DNA of 64,000 nt from Candidatus Latescibacterota bacterium (GCA_965223905.1 CBDCXV010000011.1:256001-320000); one strand, 5' to 3'; shown: positions 9,593 to 20,005, numbered from the stretch's first letter. Notes: generated from the letters alone by a model not told the origin. Program-made: numbers and translations.

Positions 9593-10725
9593 GCCCCCGC
9601 TCTCTTGGTCTTCCACTCCTTGACTCTGCCTCTGCGGACCTCGATCAGCTCGGCCACTACACTGATCCCGATCTCCTCCGGAGTGTCGGCGCCGATGTTG
9701 AATCCGATCGGTGCATACACCTGCTCGAGACGGCTGCGGTCGCCGCCCCGGCCCTCGATACGATCCCAGAGGATAAGCTTCTTGCGCTCACTCCCCAGCA
9801 TTCCGATGTAGCGAGCCGGCGTTCTTATTGCCAACTCGACAACGGTCTCATCGTGCTGGTGGCCGCGAGTGGCCGCCACGACGTAGGTCTGGTCGTCGAA
9901 CGGAAGCTGCTCGAAGACCTCCTCGATCTCCGCGGCCACGCACTCGTCTGCCCGGGGGTGGCGTTCGGGATTTGCGAACAGCGGCCGGTCGTCGATGACG
10001 ACGACGTAAAACCCGGAGTTTTTTGCCAGGCTGCAAATCTGCGCGCCGACGTGACCACCGCCAAAAACGTAGAGAACCGGAGGTGGCATGAAGGGCTCGA
10101 GATACACTTCGAACCCCTCAAACCGGGCCACCCCGAGTGCCTCGCGGCTGGGGAGGTCGAAGCCGAGAGTCTCCTCCCGCAGGTTAAAGACTCTCGGTTT
10201 CTCGCGCTGGAGCACTTCCCCTGCCCATTGCTCGACACGTTCGTTGAGACCGTCTACATCCAGACGCCCCAGACGGTTTCCGTCGGGAAACAAGAGCAGC
10301 TTGTTCGACTCGCGATCAGGCAGCTTCTGCGAAGCGAGCACGGTCGCCATCACGCACTCGCGACGCCGGGATTTTGACTCAACCACCGCGGCAAAAAGGT
10401 CCGGTTCGGTATCCGGCTCGATCGGTTCGGTGTAGATGCGCACCGTTCCGCCACAGTTTAGCCCGCTCTCTCCGGCTTGTTTCTCGGTCATTGTGTAGCG
10501 CGTCGTATGGGCGCGTCCGTTGGACAGCACCTCCCTGCCGACGTTGAGAATCTCCGCCTCGAGACAGCCGCCTCCTATGGTGCCGGCAACGCTCCCGTCA
10601 TCCCGGACAAGCATCTTGGCGCGCTCACTCATCGGAATCGACCCACTGCTCTCCACCAGCGACGCCAGCGCTCCGCGCCCGCCCTGACGGCGCATCGCCA
10701 CCACCTCTTGCAGGACGTCTTCCAT
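9589..10725 (-). CDS. xdhC: XdhC/CoxI family molybdoenzyme maturation factor
   Basis: GTIGGGCLE, GLNCGG, VFGGGHV, TRGHQHD, YIGMLGS, APIGFNIGADTPEEIGIS. Confidence 0.92.
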   Translation of the reverse strand: MEDVLQEVVAMRRQGGRGALASLVESSGSIPMSERAKMLVRDDGSVAGTIGGGCLEAEILNVGREVLSNGRAHTTRYTMTEKQAGESGLNCGGTVRIYTEPIEPDTEPDLFAAVVESKSRRRECVMATVLASQKLPDRESNKLLLFPDGNRLGRLDVDGLNERVEQWAGEVLQREKPRVFNLREETLGFDLPSREALGVARFEGFEVYLEPFMPPPVLYVFGGGHVGAQICSLAKNSGFYVVVIDDRPLFANPERHPRADECVAAEIEEVFEQLPFDDQTYVVAATRGHQHDETVVELAIRTPARYIGMLGSERKKLILWDRIEGRGGDRSRLEQVYAPIGFNIGADTPEEIGISVVAELIEVRRGRVKEWKTKRAGA

Positions 10726-10740
10726 TGCTTTCAGCTCGAT

Positions 10741-11409
10741 TCAGTTCGACCGGGAGCCGGACTGGCCGGAGACCGGCACCGGACCCTCTCTGCTTTCCGC
10801 GATAGCGAAACGGGCGCCTAGGCGTGCGTAGTCCGCGGGCGTGTCCAGGTCTTCGAGTACCTCGGCTGCATCCACCTCGATCTCGATGGTGTCCTCGGCG
10901 TATTTCCTGGTAACGGTATTGAGCCCCTGGTCCGCCGTCAAAGCGAGTATCTCGTCCCCGTAGCCGCGGGAGATGTAGACCGGATGCCCCCTCTTTCCTT
11001 CATGCGTCGGCACTACAACCCCTGCCGCGGTAGACTGTGAGCACTGGATGATCCTCTCGACGACCCCAGTGTTGAGATCGGGTTGGTCGCCAAGGCAGAT
11101 CAGATATCCGGCGGATTCCGGCTCCGCTGCCCGAACCCCCGCCTGTACCGAGGTCACCATCCCTTCGCGATAGCGCTCGTTCACGACACAAACGAGGTCC
11201 CGGCCTCGCAGCCGCCGCTGAACCTCTTTGGCACGATGGCCGAGAACTACGGCGGTGGCGAGTTCGAAGTCCCGTCTGGCAACCGCGCAAAGGCGTTCGA
11301 CGACGGATTCGACCACCGTGTGCCCCTCCAAAGGAAGAAGCTGCTTGAATCGCCCCATACGCCGCGACTGACCTGCGGCCAAAACGATCGCCGTAACCAG
11401 CACTATCAA
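10741..11409 (-). CDS. mocA: Molybdenum cofactor cytidylyltransferase (MocA-like)
   Basis: LAAGQSRRMG..KQLL, NERYREGM, LGDQP, GKRGHPV, DLDTPADY; adjacent to xdhC. Confidence 0.85.
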   Translation of the reverse strand: MIVLVTAIVLAAGQSRRMGRFKQLLPLEGHTVVESVVERLCAVARRDFELATAVVLGHRAKEVQRRLRGRDLVCVVNERYREGMVTSVQAGVRAAEPESAGYLICLGDQPDLNTGVVERIIQCSQSTAAGVVVPTHEGKRGHPVYISRGYGDEILALTADQGLNTVTRKYAEDTIEIEVDAAEVLEDLDTPADYARLGARFAIAESREGPVPVSGQSGSRSN

Positions 11410-11441
11410 AGCCTAACTTGTTGTGGAAAATAGACTAATGG

Positions 11442-11470
11442 AGTTTATTGGGTGGTTTTTGCAGTGTCAA
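11442..11470 (-). promoter_or_regulatory. Sigma-70 promoter for mocA-xdhC-nitrilase
   Basis: Minus strand TTGACA-17 nt-TAAACT. Confidence 0.65.
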
Positions 11471-11769
11471 CTCCCCCGGTTACCGGCCGCGAACCCGGTT
11501 GGATCAAACCGCGCTCGCAGTTCGTCTGGACGAACAAAACAAACCCGGGTCGGGGAGAAATCTTTCCGACGACTTGGGCACGCATTCACGCCACCGGGGT
11601 AAACTGCCGATGCCGCCGCTTTCGGGAGCACGGTTTTCTTGCACGGACCCATTCACTGTCTTATCATTGAAATTTTCCCAATTTACTCACCGTAACAACA
11701 TTCCGCAGCCTCGCTTTCGCCGAAAGGCGAGGAGAGCGCCGCCCGGCAACGAGATGATTTCGACCACGC

Positions 11770-14163
11770 ATGCGTCCTGTGCTGCATCTCCGGACCCCGG
11801 CCATCCCCCTCCTCGCTGGCGGCAAGAGAATCCGGGACGGAGAGGCTCTCCACGAATTCCTGCGGATACCGAACGGTATCATGTTGCCTACAGTAGCTGA
11901 AGAAACAGTAGCTGAAGAAATTTCAAACTCGGTAGAGAAGGACGGCATCTCCTTCATCTTCGAAACCCGCTCGCTTTCCGCGGTCGTCCGCTATGTCTAC
12001 ACTCCGATCGAGGGAAACCTCTCCGACATCGAGGTCGAGATCAACAATTCCGAGGCGATCAAGTTCGCCGAGGGGGGCGGCATTACGGTGGAGATGGGTG
12101 GAAAGATCTGGTCCGCAGACGACGAAGAGGTCGAGCGCCACTTCGTCTCATGTGAACCTGTCGGCGATTGTATCGAAGCGAGGTGGCATTGGAAGCACGG
12201 GGAAGAGCTCGCCGATTTCCTGTACCGTATTCGGATCCATCAGAAGTCGCTCATAGTAGAACTAGAGGGTGGTAACGGCAAAGCGACCGGAGTCGATCTG
12301 GGATACGTCTCTGGTGCCGTCCACCCGCGCGTAATCCAAGTTCCCTATTTCTCCTTCGGCGACGAATCGCCGCTCCTGCTCGCGACCTCGGGGGCATTTG
12401 TTTCCAGTATGCTGGACTGGACGGAAACCGCAGCCGCAGAACTGTACGCACCCCCGGCCCACGATTCGTCACATGAGATCCGACTCGGCGGGGGATGCCG
12501 CTACCATCCGGTTTCCGACGGCCGTAGGCGAGGGCTGCGCGAACGCTGGATTCTCACGGTCTCCCGCCAGTTCGAGGAGGTCCTGCCGACTATCCCGCTA
12601 CCCCAGCGCCGTTCCCGGAGCGCGGAACTAGACGACTTGATCTGGTATCAGGTGCCGGCTCTGCCCCCTTCCGAAGAAGCCTACGTAGACGTTTACGAGC
12701 AGCTGCGCTCGTTCAAGCAATGGGGCCTGGAACAGCTTCTCGTCAACCATCCCGCCGATGTCTGGGAAGACGGCCTCGGTACGTCGTTGAGCGGTGCCGA
12801 GGCAAAGGGGGGAGACGACGCCCTGCTCGAATACCTGGAAGCGGTTGAGGACCTCGGTTACAGATACACCCTGCCTTCAGGGTACACGGAAGTATCTTCG
12901 GAAACGGAGGGCTGGGATAAAAGCAAGGCCGGCCTCGGCTCGGACGGAAATCCGATCGCCAGAGGTGGGAATCGCTATCTGCTCAAGCCCTCCACAGCGA
13001 ACGATACCGCAAAAACGCATCTGCCGACTCTGTTTCAACGTTTCGAAGGAGCAGGGGCTTTCATCAATGGTCACGCCGCCACCCCGCCCTCTAGCCGAAT
13101 CGATTTCGATCCGGACTCCCCGGATTCGGCCAGCTTCTCCAAATCTCTCGATCTGGAACGACATCTGCTGGAGGTGCTCCAGGAGATAGCCGGAAACTCA
13201 TCGCGCCTCATAGTCGGTGAGGGTGGCAGCCACTGGATGTACGCCGGTTTGCTCTCCGGGTACCTGGCCGGCCTTTCCGGACCGAATCCGCACCGGATCC
13301 CACTTCTGCTCGATTTCGACCTGAAGCTGCTGCACGGTGCCCACGTCAACGCCGGTGTGGGAACGACTGGGCGATTCTTCGGAATGCATGAACCCCCCGT
13401 TGGCGAGCGCACCAGCCGCAGCCCTTGGCTCGATCGATACATCGCGACCACTGTTGCCTATGGGCACGCCGGGGTTTTGCCCGAAATCGAGGACTGGGGC
13501 TTTGCAGCGGCGATGAAAACCTACTACCTGCTGCTGAAGCTGCAGAGCCGGTATATGAAAACCGAAGTCCAGTCGGTTCTCTACCATCGTGACGGCAGTC
13601 TGCTCGAAGTTGCCGAGGCTGTGGTATCCGGCGTTTACGAAGACAGTCAGGTCGAGGTGCTGTATCGGAACGGCTTGCGCGTCTGCGTAAACGGGAGCTG
13701 GTCCAACGATTGGATCGTCGAGCACGAGACCAGGGAGTACAGGCTTCCCCCGGCCTCCTTCCTCGCCCATTCCCCGGATGGTCTTCTCGTCTATTCGGCG
13801 GACGCGGGAAAAGGACGGATGGACTATGCTGACTGCGGAGACTACTTCTATTGCGACACGCGTGGCGAGCGCACTTCCCTGGGCCCGGTCTCCCTTTCGG
13901 GAGCTGCCGCGGTGAAAACCGAAGCCTGGCAGATCGACGTCTACCCCATCGAATGCGAAGGGGACATTGAAATCAGGCCAAGAAACCTGTGGCCTGACCG
14001 CAGAATGCCGCGGCTCCGCATCCTGGCATTCCAAGAGGATGAAGACCACCCGCAGGTGATCGCCGCAAACGTCTCGGCGGAATCCGTTTCACTGGAGCCC
14101 CGCGAGGGGATCTGCAAATTCCGAATCACCCTTCCGGAATGGATGGTCGAACCCGGCAAGTAG
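11770..14163 (+). CDS. Large acidic hypothetical protein (~760-797 aa)
   Basis: Long ORF with protein-like composition; no motif confidently recognised; start may be ATG 11881. Confidence 0.75.
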   Translation: MRPVLHLRTPAIPLLAGGKRIRDGEALHEFLRIPNGIMLPTVAEETVAEEISNSVEKDGISFIFETRSLSAVVRYVYTPIEGNLSDIEVEINNSEAIKFAEGGGITVEMGGKIWSADDEEVERHFVSCEPVGDCIEARWHWKHGEELADFLYRIRIHQKSLIVELEGGNGKATGVDLGYVSGAVHPRVIQVPYFSFGDESPLLLATSGAFVSSMLDWTETAAAELYAPPAHDSSHEIRLGGGCRYHPVSDGRRRGLRERWILTVSRQFEEVLPTIPLPQRRSRSAELDDLIWYQVPALPPSEEAYVDVYEQLRSFKQWGLEQLLVNHPADVWEDGLGTSLSGAEAKGGDDALLEYLEAVEDLGYRYTLPSGYTEVSSETEGWDKSKAGLGSDGNPIARGGNRYLLKPSTANDTAKTHLPTLFQRFEGAGAFINGHAATPPSSRIDFDPDSPDSASFSKSLDLERHLLEVLQEIAGNSSRLIVGEGGSHWMYAGLLSGYLAGLSGPNPHRIPLLLDFDLKLLHGAHVNAGVGTTGRFFGMHEPPVGERTSRSPWLDRYIATTVAYGHAGVLPEIEDWGFAAAMKTYYLLLKLQSRYMKTEVQSVLYHRDGSLLEVAEAVVSGVYEDSQVEVLYRNGLRVCVNGSWSNDWIVEHETREYRLPPASFLAHSPDGLLVYSADAGKGRMDYADCGDYFYCDTRGERTSLGPVSLSGAAAVKTEAWQIDVYPIECEGDIEIRPRNLWPDRRMPRLRILAFQEDEDHPQVIAANVSAESVSLEPREGICKFRITLPEWMVEPGK
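11890..11919 (+). repeat. 15-bp in-frame tandem duplication
   Basis: ACAGTAGCTGAAGAA x2 (TVAEE-TVAEE). Confidence 0.9.
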
Positions 14164-14284
14164 TCTCCTACCCCCTGAAGACCTCGTTTGAAATTGAATC
14201 CGGGGAATCCTCGTCCGGGCAGGTAGAAGACCCTTCGTTGACCGCCCCCGGGACGACGGCGAGGGGCAACGGATCTCTCGGGTT

Positions 14285-15343
14285 TTGACCCGGCTGAAAA
14301 ACACACCCGCATCCGGTAACCGGCAGGGTTCTGCATTCCTCAGAGTCTGTGCCGGAGAAGTGGCTTCCCCCCGGCCGGTTTGGTTGATGCGCCAAGCCGG
14401 AAGGATTCTCCAGCCCTACCGGGATCTAAAAAAACAGGCAGGCTCGCTTTCCGCCCTATTCAACACCCCTGAGCTCGCCGCCCAAGTGACCCTGATGCCT
14501 GTCGAGATGTTGGGAGTCGATGCCGCCATCCTGTTTGCAGACATCTTCACCCCGGTCGAACCTATGGGCTGTGAACTGACCTTCCAGCCGGGTCCGGTGT
14601 TGAAATCTTCTGTGCGCGCCAGGAGTGACGTCGATCGCCTGCACACCATCGATCCCGAGGACGATCTGCCTCACGTGAGGAGGGAGATTGAGTTGGTCCG
14701 CGCAGGGCTCCCGCCCGGCGTGCCGCTCATCGGCTTCGCCGGTGCCCCGGTCACCCTGGCTACCTATCTCGCCGAAGGCACGGGTGCGCGCGAGTTCACC
14801 CACTTCCGCAAGTTGCTCCACGCCGAACCGGATACTGCGGATCTCCTCTTAACCAAACTTACCGACGTAGCCATCTCCTACCTGAAGATGCAGGTCGACG
14901 CAGGGGTTGAAGCCGTTCAGCTTTTCGACACTTGGATCGGCCAACTCTCGGAAGTCCAGTTCGAACGCATCGCCCTGCCCTGCCTGGAACGGATCTTTAC
15001 GGAGCTGAACCGGTTGCAGGTCCCGACCATCTATTTCGCCTACGACTCCGCCCACCTGCTGCCGCTGTTGCCGCGGACCTCGGCGAATGTCTTCAGCATC
15101 GACTGGCGCACGGATATACGCCATGCTCGCGATCTGCTTTGCCCCTCCATACCGCTACAGGGGAATCTCGACCCTGCCGCCTTGTTCGCACCGAGAGAGC
15201 AGGTAGTAGCGGCGACCCGGGTACTCCTGGACAAGACGCGCGGCACACCTCATATCTTCAACCTTGGCCACGGCGTCCATCCCGAGACACCGATCGATTC
15301 AGTGCGGGCAATGATCGATACCGTACATGGATACACCGGCTGA
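14285..15343 (+). CDS. hemE: Uroporphyrinogen decarboxylase
   Basis: PVWLMRQAGR, DAAILFADI, LIGFAGAP, QLFDTW, LQGNLDP, HIFNLGHG. Confidence 0.95.
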   Translation: MTRLKNTPASGNRQGSAFLRVCAGEVASPRPVWLMRQAGRILQPYRDLKKQAGSLSALFNTPELAAQVTLMPVEMLGVDAAILFADIFTPVEPMGCELTFQPGPVLKSSVRARSDVDRLHTIDPEDDLPHVRREIELVRAGLPPGVPLIGFAGAPVTLATYLAEGTGAREFTHFRKLLHAEPDTADLLLTKLTDVAISYLKMQVDAGVEAVQLFDTWIGQLSEVQFERIALPCLERIFTELNRLQVPTIYFAYDSAHLLPLLPRTSANVFSIDWRTDIRHARDLLCPSIPLQGNLDPAALFAPREQVVAATRVLLDKTRGTPHIFNLGHGVHPETPIDSVRAMIDTVHGYTG

Positions 15344-15370
15344 AGGACCCGCATTTTCAGGAGAAAATAG

Positions 15371-15604
15371 GTGAACAGCGAAGAACAGGGAGTTACCAGG
15401 ACGCACGTTTTCTTCTGTGTCGACAGGGAAAGGCACGCTCAGTACGGTGGGGAGAAAGTGCTCCACGCCGAGCCAAAGACGATCACCGTACTCGGGAGGC
15501 GGGTGGATGGCTGGGTGATAACGACCGAACTGCCGGTGATCGACAAGACGATCACCTTGAGGGAGTCGCTGGACGGTGCGCAGAACTTGCAGGATCCCGA
15601 GTAG
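15371..15604 (+). CDS. Small hypothetical protein (77 aa)
   Basis: GTG start with AGGAG RBS just after hemE; fills the gap. Confidence 0.55.
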   Translation: MNSEEQGVTRTHVFFCVDRERHAQYGGEKVLHAEPKTITVLGRRVDGWVITTELPVIDKTITLRESLDGAQNLQDPE

Positions 15605-15652
15605 CCGGTCGTCGCTAGCCTGCCTTCGGGCGATTCGCGTTGGAAAATCCCA

Positions 15653-16138
15653 TCAGTCCCGCCAATTGAGGCGGTCTTTACGCCAGGACGCGACCTCCTG
15701 AGGGAGGGCGTCCAACTCTTCTCCCGGTTTCAGAAAAATCCCGCTGAAGTCCCGCCGTGAGTCGAAACCGGGCCACAGTTCCGGAAACTCCTCGCGCAGC
15801 ATCGTCATCACTTGGTTCAGAATTCCCTCGGCGTGGTAGGAAAGAACACGCTCCGTTTCTCCTCGGCCGGAATCTTCGAGGTGCTGGGCAAGTGGAGCAC
15901 TGAGGAAAAAATCGAAAGAGATGACGTTGGAAGGGTTGAGGTAGAGGGAAACTCTGTAAGCGGGGTAGCTGAGGCGAAGTCCGAGAAGCTCCAACTTCAG
16001 GTTCAGCCATTCTCGCTCGGTGACGGAACGTATAATCGTGAGGTCTTCCGAGCGGAGTTCGGTCGATCCCGATGTAGGCAATAGAACCCCGGCGACGGCG
16101 AGGGTGCAAACAGCAGTCAGATAACGAATTCTTGGCAT
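15653..16138 (-). CDS. Exported hypothetical protein
   Basis: Signal-peptide-like N-terminus MPRIRYLTAVCTLAVAGVLL. Confidence 0.65.
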   Translation of the reverse strand: MPRIRYLTAVCTLAVAGVLLPTSGSTELRSEDLTIIRSVTEREWLNLKLELLGLRLSYPAYRVSLYLNPSNVISFDFFLSAPLAQHLEDSGRGETERVLSYHAEGILNQVMTMLREEFPELWPGFDSRRDFSGIFLKPGEELDALPQEVASWRKDRLNWRD

Positions 16139-16246
16139 TTTTCGGACTCCGACCTTGTGACGCGTGCAGAAAAAAACGAGGCCCAGCGACAATAGCCGAA
16201 CCTCGCGAGTTTAATCCCGGTTTTCTCTCGGACTCCTTCGGGTCCG

Positions 16247-16804
16247 CTATTCCGGGGGCGAGAGCATTTCCTCCATGAAACGGACAATGTCCCTGAATGA
16301 TATGTAACCGACCGGAATCCCGTCTTCGTCGACGAGGGGGACATGGCGAAAGCCGTGAAGCCCCATCAGATGCAGGGCATGGCTGATGGGATCGGATGGC
16401 TTGAGTGCCGACGGTCCCGGCGTCATCAGACTCTCGACCGGAATGGCGTCGAGATTGCCAATCAACCCCACCACCTTGTAGAGGACGTCCCGTTCGGTAA
16501 AAATACCGGCGAGTTCACCGCCGTTTCCGGTCACCAGCACGCAACCCCTGTTGCGGCCTTTGAGACGCGATATCGCTTCCGCTACGGATGTCTGCGGTTC
16601 TACGCATTCGGCCGGTCGCGGGTTCAACTCAAGGAGCGGACGCGTAAAGATGCTCGTTTCCGCCGCGGTCTCGACGTCCGCCATGTACTGCTCGGAAAGG
16701 CTCTGGTTGCACTCCTCGCAAACATCGGATCCGGCGATGTTGTCGTACCCGCACGCAGGACAGATGACACCCTGGCTTTCAACATTTCCGGTAAATCCCG
16801 TCAC
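16247..16804 (-). CDS. Zinc-ribbon plus CBS-pair protein
   Basis: CPACG...CEEC ribbon, then CBS pair (GIFTERD, LMTPGP, GFRHVPLVD); start uncertain. Confidence 0.85.
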   Translation of the reverse strand: MTGFTGNVESQGVICPACGYDNIAGSDVCEECNQSLSEQYMADVETAAETSIFTRPLLELNPRPAECVEPQTSVAEAISRLKGRNRGCVLVTGNGGELAGIFTERDVLYKVVGLIGNLDAIPVESLMTPGPSALKPSDPISHALHLMGLHGFRHVPLVDEDGIPVGYISFRDIVRFMEEMLSPPE

Positions 16805-16991
16805 TTGAAGCGTCCCGCCTAGAAACAGATTGACAAAATCCCGCCGCCCAAGCACCGACCTTGGCAAGACGACTGAACAAGCCGAACTGGTTTCGCTGTG
16901 GGAATACACCGAGCGAACGCCAGTCGATCTGACATAGTACCCCGGCATGGGGAGGTATCGGCAGCCCCCGCGAGCCGTGGGCATTTTGCCA

Positions 16992-18014
16992 TCAGATTTC
17001 CTCCCAGGTATCTGCACTGTGAAGGAGGTTTTTCAGGTCACCCTCCCCGCTCTGCCCGATGGCGGTTTCGACTTGCATAGTCAGCAAATCCGTATACGCC
17101 GGTTTTTTTACGGCGCGAAGGATGCCGAAAGGCAACGGGAATTCCGGGTTCTCCATACGCGACAGCATGTACGCGTAGCTGGTGTTTTCGATCGCCTCCT
17201 TGTGCACGATCAAGTCCCTTTCGCTTATTCCGTTGCCCAGAGTCACCACCTCGGGATGCTGGCCGTTCATGCGCACACCCCGGTCACGGTCCTTGCCAAA
17301 GACCAAGGGCTGGCCTTCCTCGACGAAAACGATATTGTCGTCACGCACGTGGGTATCAGTCGTGTGCTGCCAAGCGGTCGGATGGTAGACGACACAGTTC
17401 TGAAAAACCTCGACGAACGCGGTTCCGTTGTGGTCCGCTGCACGCCTAAGGACCTCGCTGAGGTGCTTGGTGTTGGTATCCTGCGTGCGGGCAACAAAGG
17501 TAGCCTCGGCTCCAATCGCTACCGAGATCGGCTGCAGCGGATAGTCGATGGAACCCATCGGCGTCGATTTAGTGCGGTGACCGGTCAGCGATGTCGGGGA
17601 GTACTGCCCCTTCGTCAAACCGTAAACCCGATTGTTGAAGAGGATGATTTTCAGGCCGACGTTGCGCCGCAGGCAGTGCAACAGGTGATTTCCACCGATC
17701 GAAAGCCCGTCGCCGTCCCCGGTGATGACCCACACACTGAGGTCGGGATTGACCGCTTTGAGCCCGGTTGCGATGGTCGGCGCCCTGCCGTGAATGGAGT
17801 GTATGCCGTACGTGTTCATGTAGTACGGAAAACGACTCGAGCAGCCGATGCCGGAGACGAAGACCATCTGCTCGCGGGCAACCCCCACTTCGGGCAGTAT
17901 TTTCTGCATCTGAGCCAGGATAGCGTAGTCACCGCATCCAGGACACCAGCGAACCTCCTGGTCGGACACGAAGTCCTTCCGCGTCAGCTTGCTTTCTGCG
18001 ACTGCCTCACTCAT
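16992..18014 (-). CDS. korB: 2-oxoacid:ferredoxin oxidoreductase beta subunit
   Basis: WCPGCGD, SGIGCSSR, IHGRA, TPP-binding GDGDGLSIGGNH...NNRVYGLTKGQYSPT. Confidence 0.95.
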   Translation of the reverse strand: MSEAVAESKLTRKDFVSDQEVRWCPGCGDYAILAQMQKILPEVGVAREQMVFVSGIGCSSRFPYYMNTYGIHSIHGRAPTIATGLKAVNPDLSVWVITGDGDGLSIGGNHLLHCLRRNVGLKIILFNNRVYGLTKGQYSPTSLTGHRTKSTPMGSIDYPLQPISVAIGAEATFVARTQDTNTKHLSEVLRRAADHNGTAFVEVFQNCVVYHPTAWQHTTDTHVRDDNIVFVEEGQPLVFGKDRDRGVRMNGQHPEVVTLGNGISERDLIVHKEAIENTSYAYMLSRMENPEFPLPFGILRAVKKPAYTDLLTMQVETAIGQSGEGDLKNLLHSADTWEEI

Positions 18015-18036
18015 ATCGGATTCCTATGTCGATCAC

Positions 18037-19911
18037 TTACCCCAACACGTGGTTGATCTTGGCGACGATCTCGCGGATCTGGAATGGCTGTCCCTGCACC
18101 TTGTTCAACGAAATCACCCTGACCGGGTAACGTCCCTGAATCAGCAGTGCGAGCTGACCCAGGTTCAACTCCGGCACCAGAACCTGGCGAAAACGTCCGA
18201 GGACGTTTCCGAGATTGCGTGGAAACGGGTTCAGATAACGAAGGTGGGCACTGGCTACTGACTTTCCCTCAGCGGCTACTTGACCAACTGCCGTTTTGAT
18301 CGCTCCGAACGTACCTCCCCAGCCCAACACCAACAAATCCCCCTGATCAGGGCCTTCGATTTCCAGTTCGGGGATGAAATCTGCGATGCCGGCTATTTTT
18401 TGCGCCCTCTTGGCGACGATTTCTTCATGGTCGAGTGGAGCATACGACACATCCCCGGTGACATCCCGCTTGCCCAGACCGCCAATGCGGTGCTCGAGGC
18501 CGGGAGTTCCCGGCAGGACCCAGGGCCTCGCCTGAGTCTCGAGGTCTCGCATGTATGGCTGGTACCCTGCCGGGTCGGTGCGATGCTCGACGACGATCGG
18601 TTCGATCTCGTCGACATTCGGGATCTTCCAAGGCTCCGAGTTGTTGGCGAGGTAGCCATCGGACAACAGGTAGACCGGGGTCATGTAGCGTACTGCGATG
18701 CGAAAAGCTTGAAGCGAGAGGTCGAAGCACTCACCCGAGGTCGCCGCGGCGAGCACGGGAACCGGACTTTCCCCGTTGCGGCCGTACAACACGGACAGCA
18801 GATCCGCCTGTTCCGTCTTGGTGGGCAGACCTGTACTTGGTCCCCCGCGTTGGACATCGATTACCAGGAGAGGCAGTTCAAGAGCGACAGCCAGATTGAC
18901 CCCCTCGCTCTTGAGCGAAATCCCGGGACCACTGCTTGCAGTGGCGGCCAACGCCCCGCCGAAAGCCGCCCCGACCACCGATCCGATGGCTGCCATCTCG
19001 TCTTCAGCCTGAAAGGTGAGGACGTTGAAGTGCTTTAGAGGGGCGAGCCCTTCGAGTATGGGACTTGCCGGGGTGATCGGATAACTGCCGTAGAAGAGCG
19101 GTTTGTTCGCCTTCTTGGCCGCCGTCACCAACCCTAGAACCAGGGCTTCGTTGCCGGTGATGCGGCGGTACGTGCCCGGTTCTACGTGCGTGCGGCCCGG
19201 GACGCGAACCCGGGACTGAAACGTCTCGGTCGTCTCGCCGAAGTGATAGCCTGCCTTGAGGGCGCGCGTGTTTGCTTCCACCACCCGCGGATTCTTGCCG
19301 AACTTCTTCTGGTAAAAATCCAGGGTCGTTTCGAGCGGCCTGTCGAACATCCAGAAAGCCAGTCCGAGCGCAAAAGCGTTTTTGCACAAGTCCTTTTGCT
19401 GGTTCGACATGCCGTCGATGCCCTCCAGGGCCCTGCGGGTCATCGACGTCAGAGCAACCTCGTGCAGTTCGTAGCCGTTCAGGGAATCTCCATTGAGTGG
19501 CGACTCTGCGTAGCCGGCTTTTCGCAGGTTGTTTTTCGTGAAAGCGTCGCTGTTGGCGATGATGACCCCACCCGGCTCCAAATCCTCGAGGTTGGCCCTG
19601 AGTGCTGCCGGATTCATGGCGACGAGAACCTGCGGTTGATCCCCGGCTGTGTAGAGATCGGAGGAGCCGAAGTGGACCTGGAAGCCGCTCAGACCGGGAA
19701 TCGTCCCGGCAGGAGCGCGGATCTCGGCGGGGATGTCCGGAAAAGTACTGACGTCGTTGCCGAAGACCGCAGAGGTGTTGGTGAACTGCTCCCCTGTCAA
19801 CTGCATCCCGTCGCCGGAATCACCGGAGAAGCGGATGACGACGGAATCGCGGGTTTCGGCCCCTTCATTTTTCCCGGAGGAATATCGCTTCGAAGGCGCC
19901 GAGTCGACCAT
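18037..19911 (-). CDS. korA: 2-oxoacid:ferredoxin oxidoreductase alpha subunit (gamma-alpha fusion)
   Basis: GDSGDGMQLTG, PAEIRAPAG, YPITPAS, QAEDE, SGPG, QRGGPSTGLPTKTEQAD. Confidence 0.95.
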   Translation of the reverse strand: MVDSAPSKRYSSGKNEGAETRDSVVIRFSGDSGDGMQLTGEQFTNTSAVFGNDVSTFPDIPAEIRAPAGTIPGLSGFQVHFGSSDLYTAGDQPQVLVAMNPAALRANLEDLEPGGVIIANSDAFTKNNLRKAGYAESPLNGDSLNGYELHEVALTSMTRRALEGIDGMSNQQKDLCKNAFALGLAFWMFDRPLETTLDFYQKKFGKNPRVVEANTRALKAGYHFGETTETFQSRVRVPGRTHVEPGTYRRITGNEALVLGLVTAAKKANKPLFYGSYPITPASPILEGLAPLKHFNVLTFQAEDEMAAIGSVVGAAFGGALAATASSGPGISLKSEGVNLAVALELPLLVIDVQRGGPSTGLPTKTEQADLLSVLYGRNGESPVPVLAAATSGECFDLSLQAFRIAVRYMTPVYLLSDGYLANNSEPWKIPNVDEIEPIVVEHRTDPAGYQPYMRDLETQARPWVLPGTPGLEHRIGGLGKRDVTGDVSYAPLDHEEIVAKRAQKIAGIADFIPELEIEGPDQGDLLVLGWGGTFGAIKTAVGQVAAEGKSVASAHLRYLNPFPRNLGNVLGRFRQVLVPELNLGQLALLIQGRYPVRVISLNKVQGQPFQIREIVAKINHVLG

Positions 19912-20005
19912 GGGGGGGAGCTACTCCTGCTGAGTGGAGGAGAACGAAATGAGAGGGTGAGGCTGATCCGATGCCTGTCCCCGGGTGTCCGTACCGGCCA
20001 TCATC

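Noticed and set aside
11410-11610. Moco riboswitch upstream of mocA-xdhC
   Set aside because: No Moco motif consensus recognised, and the predicted promoter leaves too short a leader
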